From the NCBI GenBank assembly GCA_964597365.1, contig CAZQXW010000014.1:1-43727 (forward strand): DNA of 43,727 nucleotides, in the 5' to 3' direction. The translations under genes were made by a program, and so were the position numbers. Shown in pieces: positions 23,034-33,013 of the stretch (within the stretch, counting starts at the first letter, position 1; each line of letters starts with the position of its first letter). Origin of the DNA: an uncultured Thermoplasmatales archaeon. Lineage in GTDB: Archaea; Thermoplasmatota; E2; DHVEG-1. The notes beneath the pieces are model-generated. The model saw nothing but the letters and a program-made list of their open reading frames with translations, made no database searches and was not told the origin of the DNA.

Positions 23034-24152
23034 TATTTTATAGCGGTTCCAACCTATTCTTTGGATCAAATTATTCCTTTTCCAACATCTTATTGCTTTT
23101 TGAGCTTGTGAGTGTGTCCTACCAAAATTTTTAATATCCTGGTAACAGAAAGTTGTATTGTTCATTCTTACTTTTTTAAAAATTTCTTTATTAATTTTCA
23201 TACTTTTTCGAATTAAAGGATAATGTGAAGGATTCATTTTTTTACAACCATCAATAAACTTTTTTTCTTTGAACCACAGCCCTGCAATATTCCCATAATT
23301 TTTCTTTGCATTTTTTAAGTAGTACAATATTCTTGGGAAATTGTAATTATAAATTGTAATATCATCTTTATCATTATTTGGATTGGAATGATCAAAATTT
23401 AAACTATCTAGTAAAATTTTAAATCCATTCCTGCTCCATTTCTTTTTTTGAGAAACAGTTAAAGTTGTTCCTTTGATAGTGCCTTCATCAACTATAAATT
23501 GGAAAAAAACTTGGATTTTATATTCAGTCGGCAGCATTGCAACTTTTTTAAAAAAATCAATAGAAAAATATTTTTCCAATTCCAAATCTAAAGATTTGCA
23601 AACAAGCTTAATTAAGTGAATAGGTATAGAAATCGAAGATATATTATTACATTTTGAGTGTATTCTACTATTAACAGGATATTCAGCAATTACTGTTTTT
23701 AGCAAGTCCTCCATAAATTTTATTCTGTTTCCCAACTGATACCACTCAGCATTAACAATTCTTTTCTTAGGATTATGATAAAAACTCCCATCCCCTTGTA
23801 TAGCAATCGATCTTAGAAGTAAAGGCGATAATGAAAAAGGAAAACTGGCCTTATACATTTGGTTCTGTATAGTTCCATAGTAAATTACTTCCTTTTCTAA
23901 AGCTTTTATATCAAAACCCAAGAAATTTACTATTTTAAGTAAATGTCTTATGGAGTGAGATTCTTTTTTTCTTCCTTTGGAATATATTGAATAAATAGTT
24001 TCTTTATCAACATCAAGTTTTTTTGATAGGCTCCTTACACTCTGTTTTTTAATCAAATATTCTAAACTCTCTCTACAACTATCAGATATCTTAACAAATC
24101 CATTAACATCCCACAAATGTATCTTTTTAGGCATAGTCTCTAAACAGTTCAT
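23028..24152 (-). CDS. hypothetical protein: N-terminal HTH plus two LAGLIDADG-like motifs (homing-endonuclease-like fold) and C-terminal winged-helix-like tail
   Basis: 374 aa. Motif 1 is …LLRSIAIQGDGSFYHN… and motif 2, ~100 aa later, is …FQFIVDEGTIKGT…. The N-terminal HTH is …SVRSLSKKLDVDKETIYSIY…. The gene is very K/N-rich and appears lower in GC than its neighbours. Confidence 0.4.
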   Translation of the reverse strand: MNCLETMPKKIHLWDVNGFVKISDSCRESLEYLIKKQSVRSLSKKLDVDKETIYSIYSKGRKKESHSIRHLLKIVNFLGFDIKALEKEVIYYGTIQNQMYKASFPFSLSPLLLRSIAIQGDGSFYHNPKKRIVNAEWYQLGNRIKFMEDLLKTVIAEYPVNSRIHSKCNNISSISIPIHLIKLVCKSLDLELEKYFSIDFFKKVAMLPTEYKIQVFFQFIVDEGTIKGTTLTVSQKKKWSRNGFKILLDSLNFDHSNPNNDKDDITIYNYNFPRILYYLKNAKKNYGNIAGLWFKEKKFIDGCKKMNPSHYPLIRKSMKINKEIFKKVRMNNTTFCYQDIKNFGRTHSQAQKAIRCWKRNNLIQRIGWNRYKIL

Positions 24153-24293
24153 AAAACCCTTATAAATTCTATCGCTATTAAATATAATAATAGGCTTATT
24201 GAAACTATTAAAGTTTGTACCGAGACATCAAAGCCATGGTATTATTTTATAAATAAAAAACAAATATACTTTTTTGTGAGGAGAAGTTAGATT

Positions 24294-24917
24294 ATGGCTA
24301 TGGAAAATATAGCAGATATTTCTGAATGGGGAAGAAATTTTTCACCAGAACAAATATTGAGCGGTAATCTAGAAGCATTTCAAGCATTATTTTATCTTAT
24401 AATAATGATTGCTTTGTATTCAATTGCAATATACCACTTTTATAGACACGCTGCAAGAAGAGATTGTTTTAAACCAAGCTGTAGAAAACATTCAAAACTA
24501 GTTGGTCTTTGCAAGTATTTTTTCTTATTTCCTTTTGTTGCAATTTTCTTTTTTTTAGGGTTTTCTTTAATTCTTATATCTCTTACTAAAGAAAGTTCAT
24601 ATGATGTTTCAGGAATATTGTCACTTTCATTTGCAATAATAGTGACTATTAGAATTACTGCTTATTACACTGAGGACCTTTCAAAAGATGTTTCAAAAAT
24701 GCTGCCATTTGCCGTCCTTGGTGTTTTTTTGGTAGATTCAACTTATTTTTCAATAGGAAAAGTAATGGACAGAATAAGCACACTACCAGAATATGTGAAT
24801 ATAATCATACAGTTTATAATACTCATAATAATAGTAGAGTGGATACTAAGATTAGGGCTCAACCTTCGTTACATGTTTTTTCCAAAAAAAGGAGATGTAT
24901 CCCTAGAAAAGGTATAA
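24294..24917 (+). CDS. hypothetical polytopic membrane protein
   Basis: 207 aa with 5-6 hydrophobic helices. SD GTGAGGAG upstream. No recognisable catalytic motifs. Confidence 0.5.
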   Translation: MAMENIADISEWGRNFSPEQILSGNLEAFQALFYLIIMIALYSIAIYHFYRHAARRDCFKPSCRKHSKLVGLCKYFFLFPFVAIFFFLGFSLILISLTKESSYDVSGILSLSFAIIVTIRITAYYTEDLSKDVSKMLPFAVLGVFLVDSTYFSIGKVMDRISTLPEYVNIIIQFIILIIIVEWILRLGLNLRYMFFPKKGDVSLEKV

Positions 24918-25004
24918 ACGGTCGTATTATAGATATTATTTAATTAATTATTTATAATGGGAAAAGATTCCTAATCTAGAAATATTTTGTGAGGAGGAAA
25001 AAAA

Positions 25005-25925
25005 ATGTTTGAACTAGGTTCTTTCTGTTTTTCAGGAATAATAATGCTAGTGTTTTTCCTGGTTTTTATATTCTTAATAGGAATAAGAATTGTTAGACCA
25101 AGAGAAAAAGGTCTTATTGAAAGACTGGGTAAATACAAGAGAACAGCAGACCAAGGTTTTCATTGGATAATACCTGTGATAGATAGAATGATTAAAGTAG
25201 ATATCACAGAAAACATGGTAGATGTAGAGCCACAAAAAATCATTACAAAGGATGATTTGAATGCAACGGTTGATGCAGTTGTATATTTCCGTGTAGTAGA
25301 TCCGATGAAGTCAATTTATAAAGCACAAAACTACCGTGCACAGATTACAAGTCTTGCTAGAACTACTCTAAGAGACATCATCGGTAAAATGACTCTTACT
25401 GAGGCAAACAGTAAACGTGATACTCTAAATGCAATTCTCGAACAAGAACTCGACAAGCAAACCGATGCTTGGGGAATTGATGTAATAAGAGTTGAGCTTC
25501 AAAGAATCGAGCCACCACCAGATGTACAAGAAGCGATGAACAAAGTTGTAATTGCAGAGCGTGACAAAAAAGCTGCAATTGATTTTGCAACAGCAACAGA
25601 GACGAAAGCAGATGGTGAACGACGTGCAGAAATCAAAAAAGCAGAAGGTAAAAAACAGGGTTTAATACTTGAAGCAGAAGGAGAAGCGCAAGCAATAATT
25701 CAAGTTGCAAAAGCAGAAGCAGAACAGATTCAAAGGGTAAATACCGCAATTCAAGAATACTTCAAAAACGAAGCACAGATCTATAAAAAACTTGAAACAG
25801 TTGAAAGATCTCTCAGAGACGGTACAAAATACGTAATAGATCCAAATACAGAAATTACCAATGTTATCGCTGAAAGCATGGCAGGAATAATACCTGTTGA
25901 AAAGAAAGAAACAAAGAAGAAATAA
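25005..25925 (+). CDS. SPFH/band-7 (stomatin/prohibitin-like) protein
   Basis: 306 aa. N-terminal TM segment, SPFH core (…IVRPREKGLIERLGKY…DAVVYFRVVDP…) and a C-terminal Ala/Glu/Lys-rich coiled coil. SD GTGAGGAGG upstream. Confidence 0.85.
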   Translation: MFELGSFCFSGIIMLVFFLVFIFLIGIRIVRPREKGLIERLGKYKRTADQGFHWIIPVIDRMIKVDITENMVDVEPQKIITKDDLNATVDAVVYFRVVDPMKSIYKAQNYRAQITSLARTTLRDIIGKMTLTEANSKRDTLNAILEQELDKQTDAWGIDVIRVELQRIEPPPDVQEAMNKVVIAERDKKAAIDFATATETKADGERRAEIKKAEGKKQGLILEAEGEAQAIIQVAKAEAEQIQRVNTAIQEYFKNEAQIYKKLETVERSLRDGTKYVIDPNTEITNVIAESMAGIIPVEKKETKKK

Positions 25926-25981
25926 AAACACTTTCTTTTCTCTAAATTTTTTTTATAAAATTTATTAGCTGGTTTTAAAAT

Positions 25982-26419
25982 ATGAGCAATATAGTAGATT
26001 TAATGCTAAAAGATCATCTACGATTACTTTCTTTATTAACAAGGTTAGAAAGAACCGATGAAAAAGATGTGAATTTAAAATATAAAAAATTTGAAACTTT
26101 TAAATGGGAAGTTGAAAAACATTTCTTTTTAGAAGAAAAAACAATTTTTTCAAAATTTGCTACTAAAAAAGAGGAAGTAAAAACATATAATTTATACATA
26201 GAACTAGTCAAACAACATGAAAAAATATTGAATTTATTAGATGAAATTAAAAAACAAATAATGCAAGGTTTTAAACCAGATATTATTAACATACGAGATC
26301 TTTTAATTAATCATCAGAAATTTGAAGAGAATTTAATTTATCCAAAGCTTAACGAAGAACTTGATGAAAATGAAAAGATAAAAATTTTAAATCGAGTAGA
26401 GGGAATAATTCAGATATAA
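25982..26419 (+). CDS. hemerythrin-like (HHE cation-binding) domain protein, putative
   Basis: 145 aa. His/Glu spacing resembles hemerythrin: LKDHLRL…, …HFFLEEKTIF…, …KQHEKI…, …HQKFEENLIYPKL…. Confidence 0.45.
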   Translation: MSNIVDLMLKDHLRLLSLLTRLERTDEKDVNLKYKKFETFKWEVEKHFFLEEKTIFSKFATKKEEVKTYNLYIELVKQHEKILNLLDEIKKQIMQGFKPDIINIRDLLINHQKFEENLIYPKLNEELDENEKIKILNRVEGIIQI

Positions 26420-26551
26420 TACTTTCAATTAACCTGCCGTTATACTTTATATAAAAGATATGAATACTGTTTTTCAATCTGTTAAATAATAAATTGATAG
26501 AAAGAATTAACAATAGTTAATTTATGTCGGTTTGCTATTCGGGGGCAAAAA

Positions 26552-29371
26552 TTGAAAAACTTAATAATAAAAGGGGCAAGAGAGCACAATCTCAAAAACA
26601 TAAATATAGAACTTCCTAGAGATAAATTCATAGTAATCACGGGCCTTTCGGGCAGTGGCAAGTCCACTCTTGCATTTGATACAATTTATGCAGAAGGACA
26701 AAGAAGATATGTAGAATCTCTTTCTGCCTATGCTCGACAGTTTCTAGGACTTATGAATAAGCCTGATGTTGACAGCATAGATGGTCTTTCGCCTGCGATT
26801 TCAATAGAGCAGAAATCAACTTCAAAAAACCCTCGAAGCACAGTTGGAACAATTACAGAAATTTATGATTATTTAAGGCTTTTATATGCTCGTGTGGGAA
26901 CACCATATTGTCCCAAGCATAACGTTAAAATCGAGTCACAAAGCCCTGAAAGAATTGCAAATAAAGTAATCGAGGAGTTCAATGGAACAATTACCATTCT
27001 TTCACCAATAGTGCGTCAGAAAAAAGGAACATACGAGCAACTCTTCAAAGATTTAAACAAAGAAGGATACACAAGAGTAAGAGTCAACAAAGCAATATAT
27101 AGAACAGAAGAAGAAATTAAACTAGACCGGTACAAAAAACATGACATAGAACTTGTAATAGATAGAATCAAAACAACTGATAAAAGCAGACTTTCTGAAG
27201 CATGTGAAAACGCCTTGAAAAAATCAGATGGGCTTTTAATCGTTCTTGACCATGAAGGAAAAGAAAAACTGTACTCTTCAAAAATGGCATGTCCTATATG
27301 CGGCATGGTATTTGAAGAGCTTCAACCGCGTATGTTTTCATTTAACAGTCCTTTTGGTGCCTGTGAAAAATGTCACGGTCTTGGTATTAGAATGGATTTT
27401 GATCCGGAGCTTATAATTCCTGATAGCAATCTTTCACTTGCAGATGGCGCAATAAAACTTTACAGCAATGTAATGGATGGCTGGAGGATAAAGTTTTTAG
27501 GATCTGTTGCAAAACATTATGGTTTTGATATTTTCACACCAATTAAGAATCTTACAGAGGAGCAATACAATGTTTTAATGTACGGCTCTGATGAAAGAAT
27601 AAAGTTTAATATGACTACTAGAAACGGAGATTCACAGTGGTCAGGTAAAGGAAACTGGGAAGGACTTATACCTCAGTCTGAAAGACTTTACAAACAGACT
27701 AAATCAGATTACAGAAGAAAAGAACTTGAGCGTTTCATGAGAATAAGTCCGTGTCCCGAGTGTGAGGGTAAAAGACTCAAAAACAAAGTTCTCTCTGTAA
27801 AAATTGCCGAAAAATCAATAGTTGATATTACAGACATGTCAATTAAGAACTGTATTTCTTTTTTTAAAACTATTATCTTGTCAAAAAAACAGGAAGAAAT
27901 TGCTTGGCAGATTTTAAAAGAAATACGTGAACGTCTTGATTTTTTAGATAAAGTTGGTCTTAATTATTTAACACTATCACGAAATGCAGGAACTCTTTCT
28001 GGGGGGGAAGCACAGAGAATTCGTCTTGCAACACAGATTGGTTCAAATCTTATGGGTGTCTTGTATATTCTTGACGAGCCAAGTATCGGGCTTCATCAGA
28101 GAGATAACAAAAAACTAATTGATACTCTTCACAGACTAAGAGACCTTGGAAATACACTTATCGTAGTCGAGCATGATGAGGAAACTATCAGATGCGCAGA
28201 TCAAGTAGTTGATATGGGGCCGGGTGCGGGTCTTCATGGAGGTAAAATCATTGCCCAGGGGACACCTAAAGAAATTGAAAAAAATCCAGCATCAATTACC
28301 GGAAAATATCTTTCAGGAAAACTTCAGATTGATTTACCAGAAAAAAGAAGATATTCAAAAAGATATATAAATATATATGGATGTCGGGAGCATAACCTGA
28401 AAAACATAGACGTGAAAATACCAATAGGAGTTTTTACAACAATCACCGGTGTTTCAGGAAGTGGTAAATCAACACTAATTTATGATATAGTTTACAGAGG
28501 AATGATGAGAAAGCTTCACAACTCTAAAGAAAACCCAGGAGACCACGACACAATCGAACTTGATGAAAACATAGACAAAGTAATAGTAATAGATCAAAGC
28601 CCAATAGGAAAAACTCCAAGAAGCAATCCTGCCACTTATACAAAAGTCTTTGATGAAATAAGAAAGATATTTGCAAGAACAAAAGAAGCAAAAACACGTG
28701 GATACAAACCAGGAAGATTCTCATTTAACGTTCGAGGAGGCAGATGCGAAGCATGCAGAGGAGACGGACTTATAAAAATTGAAATGAACTTCTTACCAGA
28801 CATATACATCCAGTGCGAAGAATGCAAGGGAAAAAGATACAATAAAGAAACGCTAGAAGTAACCTACAAAGGAAAAACAATAGCAGATGTACTTGATATG
28901 AGTGTAGAAGAAGCACTAGAGCTTTTCAAAAACATTCCAAGAATTAAAAGAAAACTTCAAACACTTTCACAAGTAGGACTGGAGTACATCAAACTAGGTC
29001 AGAGTTCTACCACTCTTTCTGGAGGAGAAGCACAAAGAATAAAGCTTACAAGAGAACTATCAAAAAGAAGTACTGGAAGAACTCTTTATCTTTTAGACGA
29101 ACCCACAACAGGCCTTCATTTCCATGATGTAAAAAAACTAATTGATGTTTTAAACAGTCTTGTAGAAAAGGGAAACTCAGTAGTGATAATTGAGCATAAT
29201 TTAGAAGTAATAAAATCAGCAGATCATATCATCGATTTGGGTCCTGAAGGAGGAGAGTTAGGTGGACAAATTGTAGCAGAAGGATCTCCTGAACAAGTAG
29301 CTGGTGTTAAAAAAAGCTACACTGGACAGATTTTAAAACCAATTCTTAAAAAGGAAATTAAAAATGCTTAA
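26552..29371 (+). CDS. uvrA: excinuclease ABC subunit A
   Basis: 939 aa. Two ABC ATPase modules (GLSGSGKST / GVSGSGKST Walker A) and zinc-finger cysteines. TTG start preceded by GGGGGC. Confidence 0.95.
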   Translation: MKNLIIKGAREHNLKNINIELPRDKFIVITGLSGSGKSTLAFDTIYAEGQRRYVESLSAYARQFLGLMNKPDVDSIDGLSPAISIEQKSTSKNPRSTVGTITEIYDYLRLLYARVGTPYCPKHNVKIESQSPERIANKVIEEFNGTITILSPIVRQKKGTYEQLFKDLNKEGYTRVRVNKAIYRTEEEIKLDRYKKHDIELVIDRIKTTDKSRLSEACENALKKSDGLLIVLDHEGKEKLYSSKMACPICGMVFEELQPRMFSFNSPFGACEKCHGLGIRMDFDPELIIPDSNLSLADGAIKLYSNVMDGWRIKFLGSVAKHYGFDIFTPIKNLTEEQYNVLMYGSDERIKFNMTTRNGDSQWSGKGNWEGLIPQSERLYKQTKSDYRRKELERFMRISPCPECEGKRLKNKVLSVKIAEKSIVDITDMSIKNCISFFKTIILSKKQEEIAWQILKEIRERLDFLDKVGLNYLTLSRNAGTLSGGEAQRIRLATQIGSNLMGVLYILDEPSIGLHQRDNKKLIDTLHRLRDLGNTLIVVEHDEETIRCADQVVDMGPGAGLHGGKIIAQGTPKEIEKNPASITGKYLSGKLQIDLPEKRRYSKRYINIYGCREHNLKNIDVKIPIGVFTTITGVSGSGKSTLIYDIVYRGMMRKLHNSKENPGDHDTIELDENIDKVIVIDQSPIGKTPRSNPATYTKVFDEIRKIFARTKEAKTRGYKPGRFSFNVRGGRCEACRGDGLIKIEMNFLPDIYIQCEECKGKRYNKETLEVTYKGKTIADVLDMSVEEALELFKNIPRIKRKLQTLSQVGLEYIKLGQSSTTLSGGEAQRIKLTRELSKRSTGRTLYLLDEPTTGLHFHDVKKLIDVLNSLVEKGNSVVIIEHNLEVIKSADHIIDLGPEGGELGGQIVAEGSPEQVAGVKKSYTGQILKPILKKEIKNA

Positions 29372-30914
29372 CTTAAGCAACATTCCCAATAACCCAGGAT
29401 GCTATCTTTTCAAGGATAAAAAAGATAGAATAATTTATATTGGCAAAGCAAAGAATCTTAAAAAAAGAGTCAACTCTTATCAAAATAAAAAGGATTTAGA
29501 TTCTAAAACTCGCGTGATGCTTTCTCACGCAAAAAGCATTGATTTTGTAGTAACTGACAACGAAGTAGAGTCACTTATTTTAGAAAACACTCTTATAAAA
29601 AAACATCAACCCAGATACAACATAAGAATGAAGGATGCAAAAAGCCATGCATATCTTCTTCTTACAAAAGAAGAATATCCGCGTGTTGTAATTGACAGGA
29701 GAAAAGCAGGGAAGGGAAAATTTTATGGGCCATTTGTAAGCGGACATGAAAGAGACTATGTTCTTCATTTTTTAAGAAAAACATTTAAGCTTAGAACATG
29801 CAAGAAAATGCCTAAAAGACCTTGTCTTCGCCATCACATAAATTTGTGTGATGCCCCCTGCATCGGCAATATCTCAAAGAAAGAGTATAATCAAAAGATT
29901 TCAAAAGTAAAAATGGTTCTCTCAGGAAAAACCGGAAAACTAGTAGAAAAGCTAGAATGTGATATGAAAAGGTTTTCCAACAAAAAAATGTTTGAACAAG
30001 CAATGATAGTACGTGATGAGATAAATGCAGTTGAGCACTTATCTGAAAGACAAAAAATGCAGCGGGAGAAAAAATACAACGAGGACATTATAAATTATGA
30101 GATAAAAGATAACAAAGTATATCTTATGCTCTTCAATATTTACAAAGGTACTCTTTCTAACAAATCCGAATTTGTATTTGACTACAATGATGATTTCTTT
30201 GAAGAATTTATAGTTCAATATTATAGTGAAAATGCTGTTCCAAAAGAACTTATTATTCCTGAGAGCGTATCTGATTCAATACAAGACTTTCTAACAGATG
30301 AGAAAAAAAGCAAAGTAAAGATTACTATTCCTAAGAAAGGAGAGAAAAAACAGCTTTTAAAACTTGTTTTAAAAAATATAGAAATTATGTTTTTTGCAAA
30401 TCTTGACAAGGTTAAAATCCTTAAGACAAAGCTTCATCTTCAGGAGGAACCATCAGTAATTGAGTGTTTTGACATAAGTCATATTTCAGGGACTTCTATG
30501 GTTGGTTCCATGGTTCAGTTCAGAAATGGAAAACCAGATAAGAATAATTACAGAAGGTTTAGAATAAGAACTGTTGAAAAGATAGACGATACAGCAGCCA
30601 TTGCAGAGGTAGTAAAAAGAAGATATACAAGACTTAAAAATGAAGATGAAGATTTTCCAAACTTAGTTATGATTGATGGAGGAAGAGGACAGCTTAACTA
30701 TGCTTTAGAGGAACTTAAAAAACTAAATATAAAGATACCAATAATTGCAATCGCTAAAAGATATGAAGAAATATATATACCAGGATATATGAAACCAGTT
30801 CGCTTACCAAAAAAAGACAAAGCACTTCACTTTATACAAGAAATAAGAAACGAAGCACACAGATTTGCAATAAAATACAACAGACTTCTCAGAAGAAAGG
30901 AGGCAATAAAATGA
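29364..30914 (+). CDS. uvrC: excinuclease ABC subunit C (short form lacking the C-terminal (HhH)2 domain)
   Basis: 516 aa. N-terminal GIY-YIG (…GCYLFKDKKDRIIYIGKAKNLKKRV…), a UvrB-interacting region and an RNase-H-like endonuclease domain. Overlaps uvrA by 8 nt and uvrB by 4 nt (ATGA). Confidence 0.9.
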   Translation: MLNLSNIPNNPGCYLFKDKKDRIIYIGKAKNLKKRVNSYQNKKDLDSKTRVMLSHAKSIDFVVTDNEVESLILENTLIKKHQPRYNIRMKDAKSHAYLLLTKEEYPRVVIDRRKAGKGKFYGPFVSGHERDYVLHFLRKTFKLRTCKKMPKRPCLRHHINLCDAPCIGNISKKEYNQKISKVKMVLSGKTGKLVEKLECDMKRFSNKKMFEQAMIVRDEINAVEHLSERQKMQREKKYNEDIINYEIKDNKVYLMLFNIYKGTLSNKSEFVFDYNDDFFEEFIVQYYSENAVPKELIIPESVSDSIQDFLTDEKKSKVKITIPKKGEKKQLLKLVLKNIEIMFFANLDKVKILKTKLHLQEEPSVIECFDISHISGTSMVGSMVQFRNGKPDKNNYRRFRIRTVEKIDDTAAIAEVVKRRYTRLKNEDEDFPNLVMIDGGRGQLNYALEELKKLNIKIPIIAIAKRYEEIYIPGYMKPVRLPKKDKALHFIQEIRNEAHRFAIKYNRLLRRKEAIK

Positions 30915-32845
30915 CCAATAAATTCAAACTTGTAACAAATATGAAACCAAAAGGATCTCAGCCTGATGCAATAACAAAACTTGCAGAAGGATTTGAAAGC
31001 AACATAGATTACCAGACTCTACTGGGTGTTACAGGTAGCGGCAAGACTTTTACAATGGCAAATGTAATAGAAAAAGTACAAAAACCAACCCTTGTACTTG
31101 CACACAACAAGACCCTTGCAGCACAGCTTTTCTCAGAATTCAAAGAACTCTTTCCAAAAAACCGTGTAGAATATTTTGTATCTTATTATGATTATTATCA
31201 ACCCGAGTCATACATTCCTGAAAAAGACATGTACATAGAAAAAGATGCGGATGTAAACCCAAAAATCGAGCAGATGAGACTTTCTGCCACAGCCTCTGTT
31301 TTAGACAGACCCGACACGATTGTTGTTGCATCTGTATCCTGTATATATAACGTGGGAGACCCTAATGAATACAAAAAACTTGGTTATGAGATTAGAAAAG
31401 AAAATAATGTTGACAGAAAAGAAATACTCGAACACTTAGTAGATATGCAATACGAGCGAAATGACATCGACCTCAAACCCGGATGTTTTAGAGTAAAAGG
31501 AGAAACAATTGACCTAGTACCAGGCTATTATGATAACATAATTCGAATTGAAATGTTTGGAGACGAGATAGAAAAGATAAGAGAAATCGATAAAGTTACA
31601 GGAGACATAAAAGACGAGTTTGAATATATCTATATTTATCCTGCCAAGCATTTTGTAATAGGTGAAGAGAAAAGAAAAAAAGCAGTAGAATCTATCAAGC
31701 AAGAACTTGAAGAAATTCTGCCATCACTTGATATGTTTGAGCGTCACAGACTCAAACAAAGAACTCTTTATGATATTGAAATGATAGAAGAAACAGGTTT
31801 TTGCAAAGGAATAGAGAATTATTCACGACATATGGATGATCGTAAACCCGGCGAAAAACCATATTGTTTTCTTGATTACTTCCCAGATGATTTTCTTCTC
31901 TTTATCGACGAAAGCCACAGAACCATTCCACAAGTACATGGAATGTATCATGGAGATTATTCTCGTAAAAAAACACTAATAGATTATGGATTCAGACTAC
32001 CAAGCGCCCTTGATAACAGACCCTTGAAATTTCATGAGTTTGAAAAATACATGAAAAACGTGGTATTTGTATCAGCAACACCCGCCGACTATGAGCTTGG
32101 TATTTCAAATCAAGTTGTCGAACAAATCATAAGACCTACAGGCCTTGTTGACCCACCATGTGAAATACGACCAATTAAAAATCAGATTCATGATTTAATA
32201 AGAGAAATAAATAAAACCATAAAACAAGGACATAGGGTCCTTGTAACTACTCTTACAAAAAGACTTGCGGAAGAACTCTCAGAGTTTCTCGCGGAAAAAA
32301 ACATAAAAACACGTTATCTTCACTCAGAAATAGATACACTCGAGCGCTCAGAGTTGATAAGACAATTGCGCCTTGGAACTTTTGATGTTTTGGTTGGAAT
32401 AAATCTTCTGCGAGAAGGAATTGATATCCCGGAGATTGGTTTTATTGGAATTCTTGATGCAGACAAAGAAGGCTTCTTACGTGATGAAAAAAGTCTTATT
32501 CAGATAATTGGAAGAGCTGCAAGAAATGTTGATTCCAAGGTAGTTTTATATGCCGATAAAAAAACTAATTCGATAAAAAGAGCACTTGAAGAGACGAATC
32601 GTCGTCGCAGCATGCAACTTGAATACAACAAAAAACACAATATCAATCCCGAGACAATAATAAAGCCAATAAAAGAAAAAGTAGTAGAAATCAAAGATAT
32701 AAAACACATACCAAAAAAAGACATTCCAGATATGATAGTTGACCTTGAACTCAAGATGAAAGAAGCAGCAGACAATTTAGAGTTTGAAAAAGCAATTATG
32801 ATAAGAGATAAAATAAACAGATTCAAGCAAGAACTTCAAAAATAA
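30911..32845 (+). CDS. uvrB: excinuclease ABC subunit B
   Basis: 644 aa. Helicase motifs (…GVTGSGKTFT…, DESH) and a C-terminal UvrC-interacting coiled coil (…LEFEKAIMIRDKINRFKQELQK). Confidence 0.95.
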   Translation: MTNKFKLVTNMKPKGSQPDAITKLAEGFESNIDYQTLLGVTGSGKTFTMANVIEKVQKPTLVLAHNKTLAAQLFSEFKELFPKNRVEYFVSYYDYYQPESYIPEKDMYIEKDADVNPKIEQMRLSATASVLDRPDTIVVASVSCIYNVGDPNEYKKLGYEIRKENNVDRKEILEHLVDMQYERNDIDLKPGCFRVKGETIDLVPGYYDNIIRIEMFGDEIEKIREIDKVTGDIKDEFEYIYIYPAKHFVIGEEKRKKAVESIKQELEEILPSLDMFERHRLKQRTLYDIEMIEETGFCKGIENYSRHMDDRKPGEKPYCFLDYFPDDFLLFIDESHRTIPQVHGMYHGDYSRKKTLIDYGFRLPSALDNRPLKFHEFEKYMKNVVFVSATPADYELGISNQVVEQIIRPTGLVDPPCEIRPIKNQIHDLIREINKTIKQGHRVLVTTLTKRLAEELSEFLAEKNIKTRYLHSEIDTLERSELIRQLRLGTFDVLVGINLLREGIDIPEIGFIGILDADKEGFLRDEKSLIQIIGRAARNVDSKVVLYADKKTNSIKRALEETNRRRSMQLEYNKKHNINPETIIKPIKEKVVEIKDIKHIPKKDIPDMIVDLELKMKEAADNLEFEKAIMIRDKINRFKQELQK

Positions 32846-33013
32846 TTTTTTAAGTTTTGACATTTTGACACGATGGTTTTATATACATATAGTGACACAG
32901 AGTATCATGGTAAGGATGGTAAATAAAAAGAGTCAACAAAAAGGTGAAGTGGACAATTGGCTGTACTATATTGAACTTTTAAACCAACGCAATCATCACA
33001 AAAAATAATTGTT

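Noticed and set aside
24270-25004. Repeated TTTTGTGAGGAG leader upstream of both the membrane-protein gene and the SPFH gene
   Set aside because: This is just a strong Shine-Dalgarno sequence (GGAGG) with a similar T-rich upstream context. Independent translation initiation explains it.
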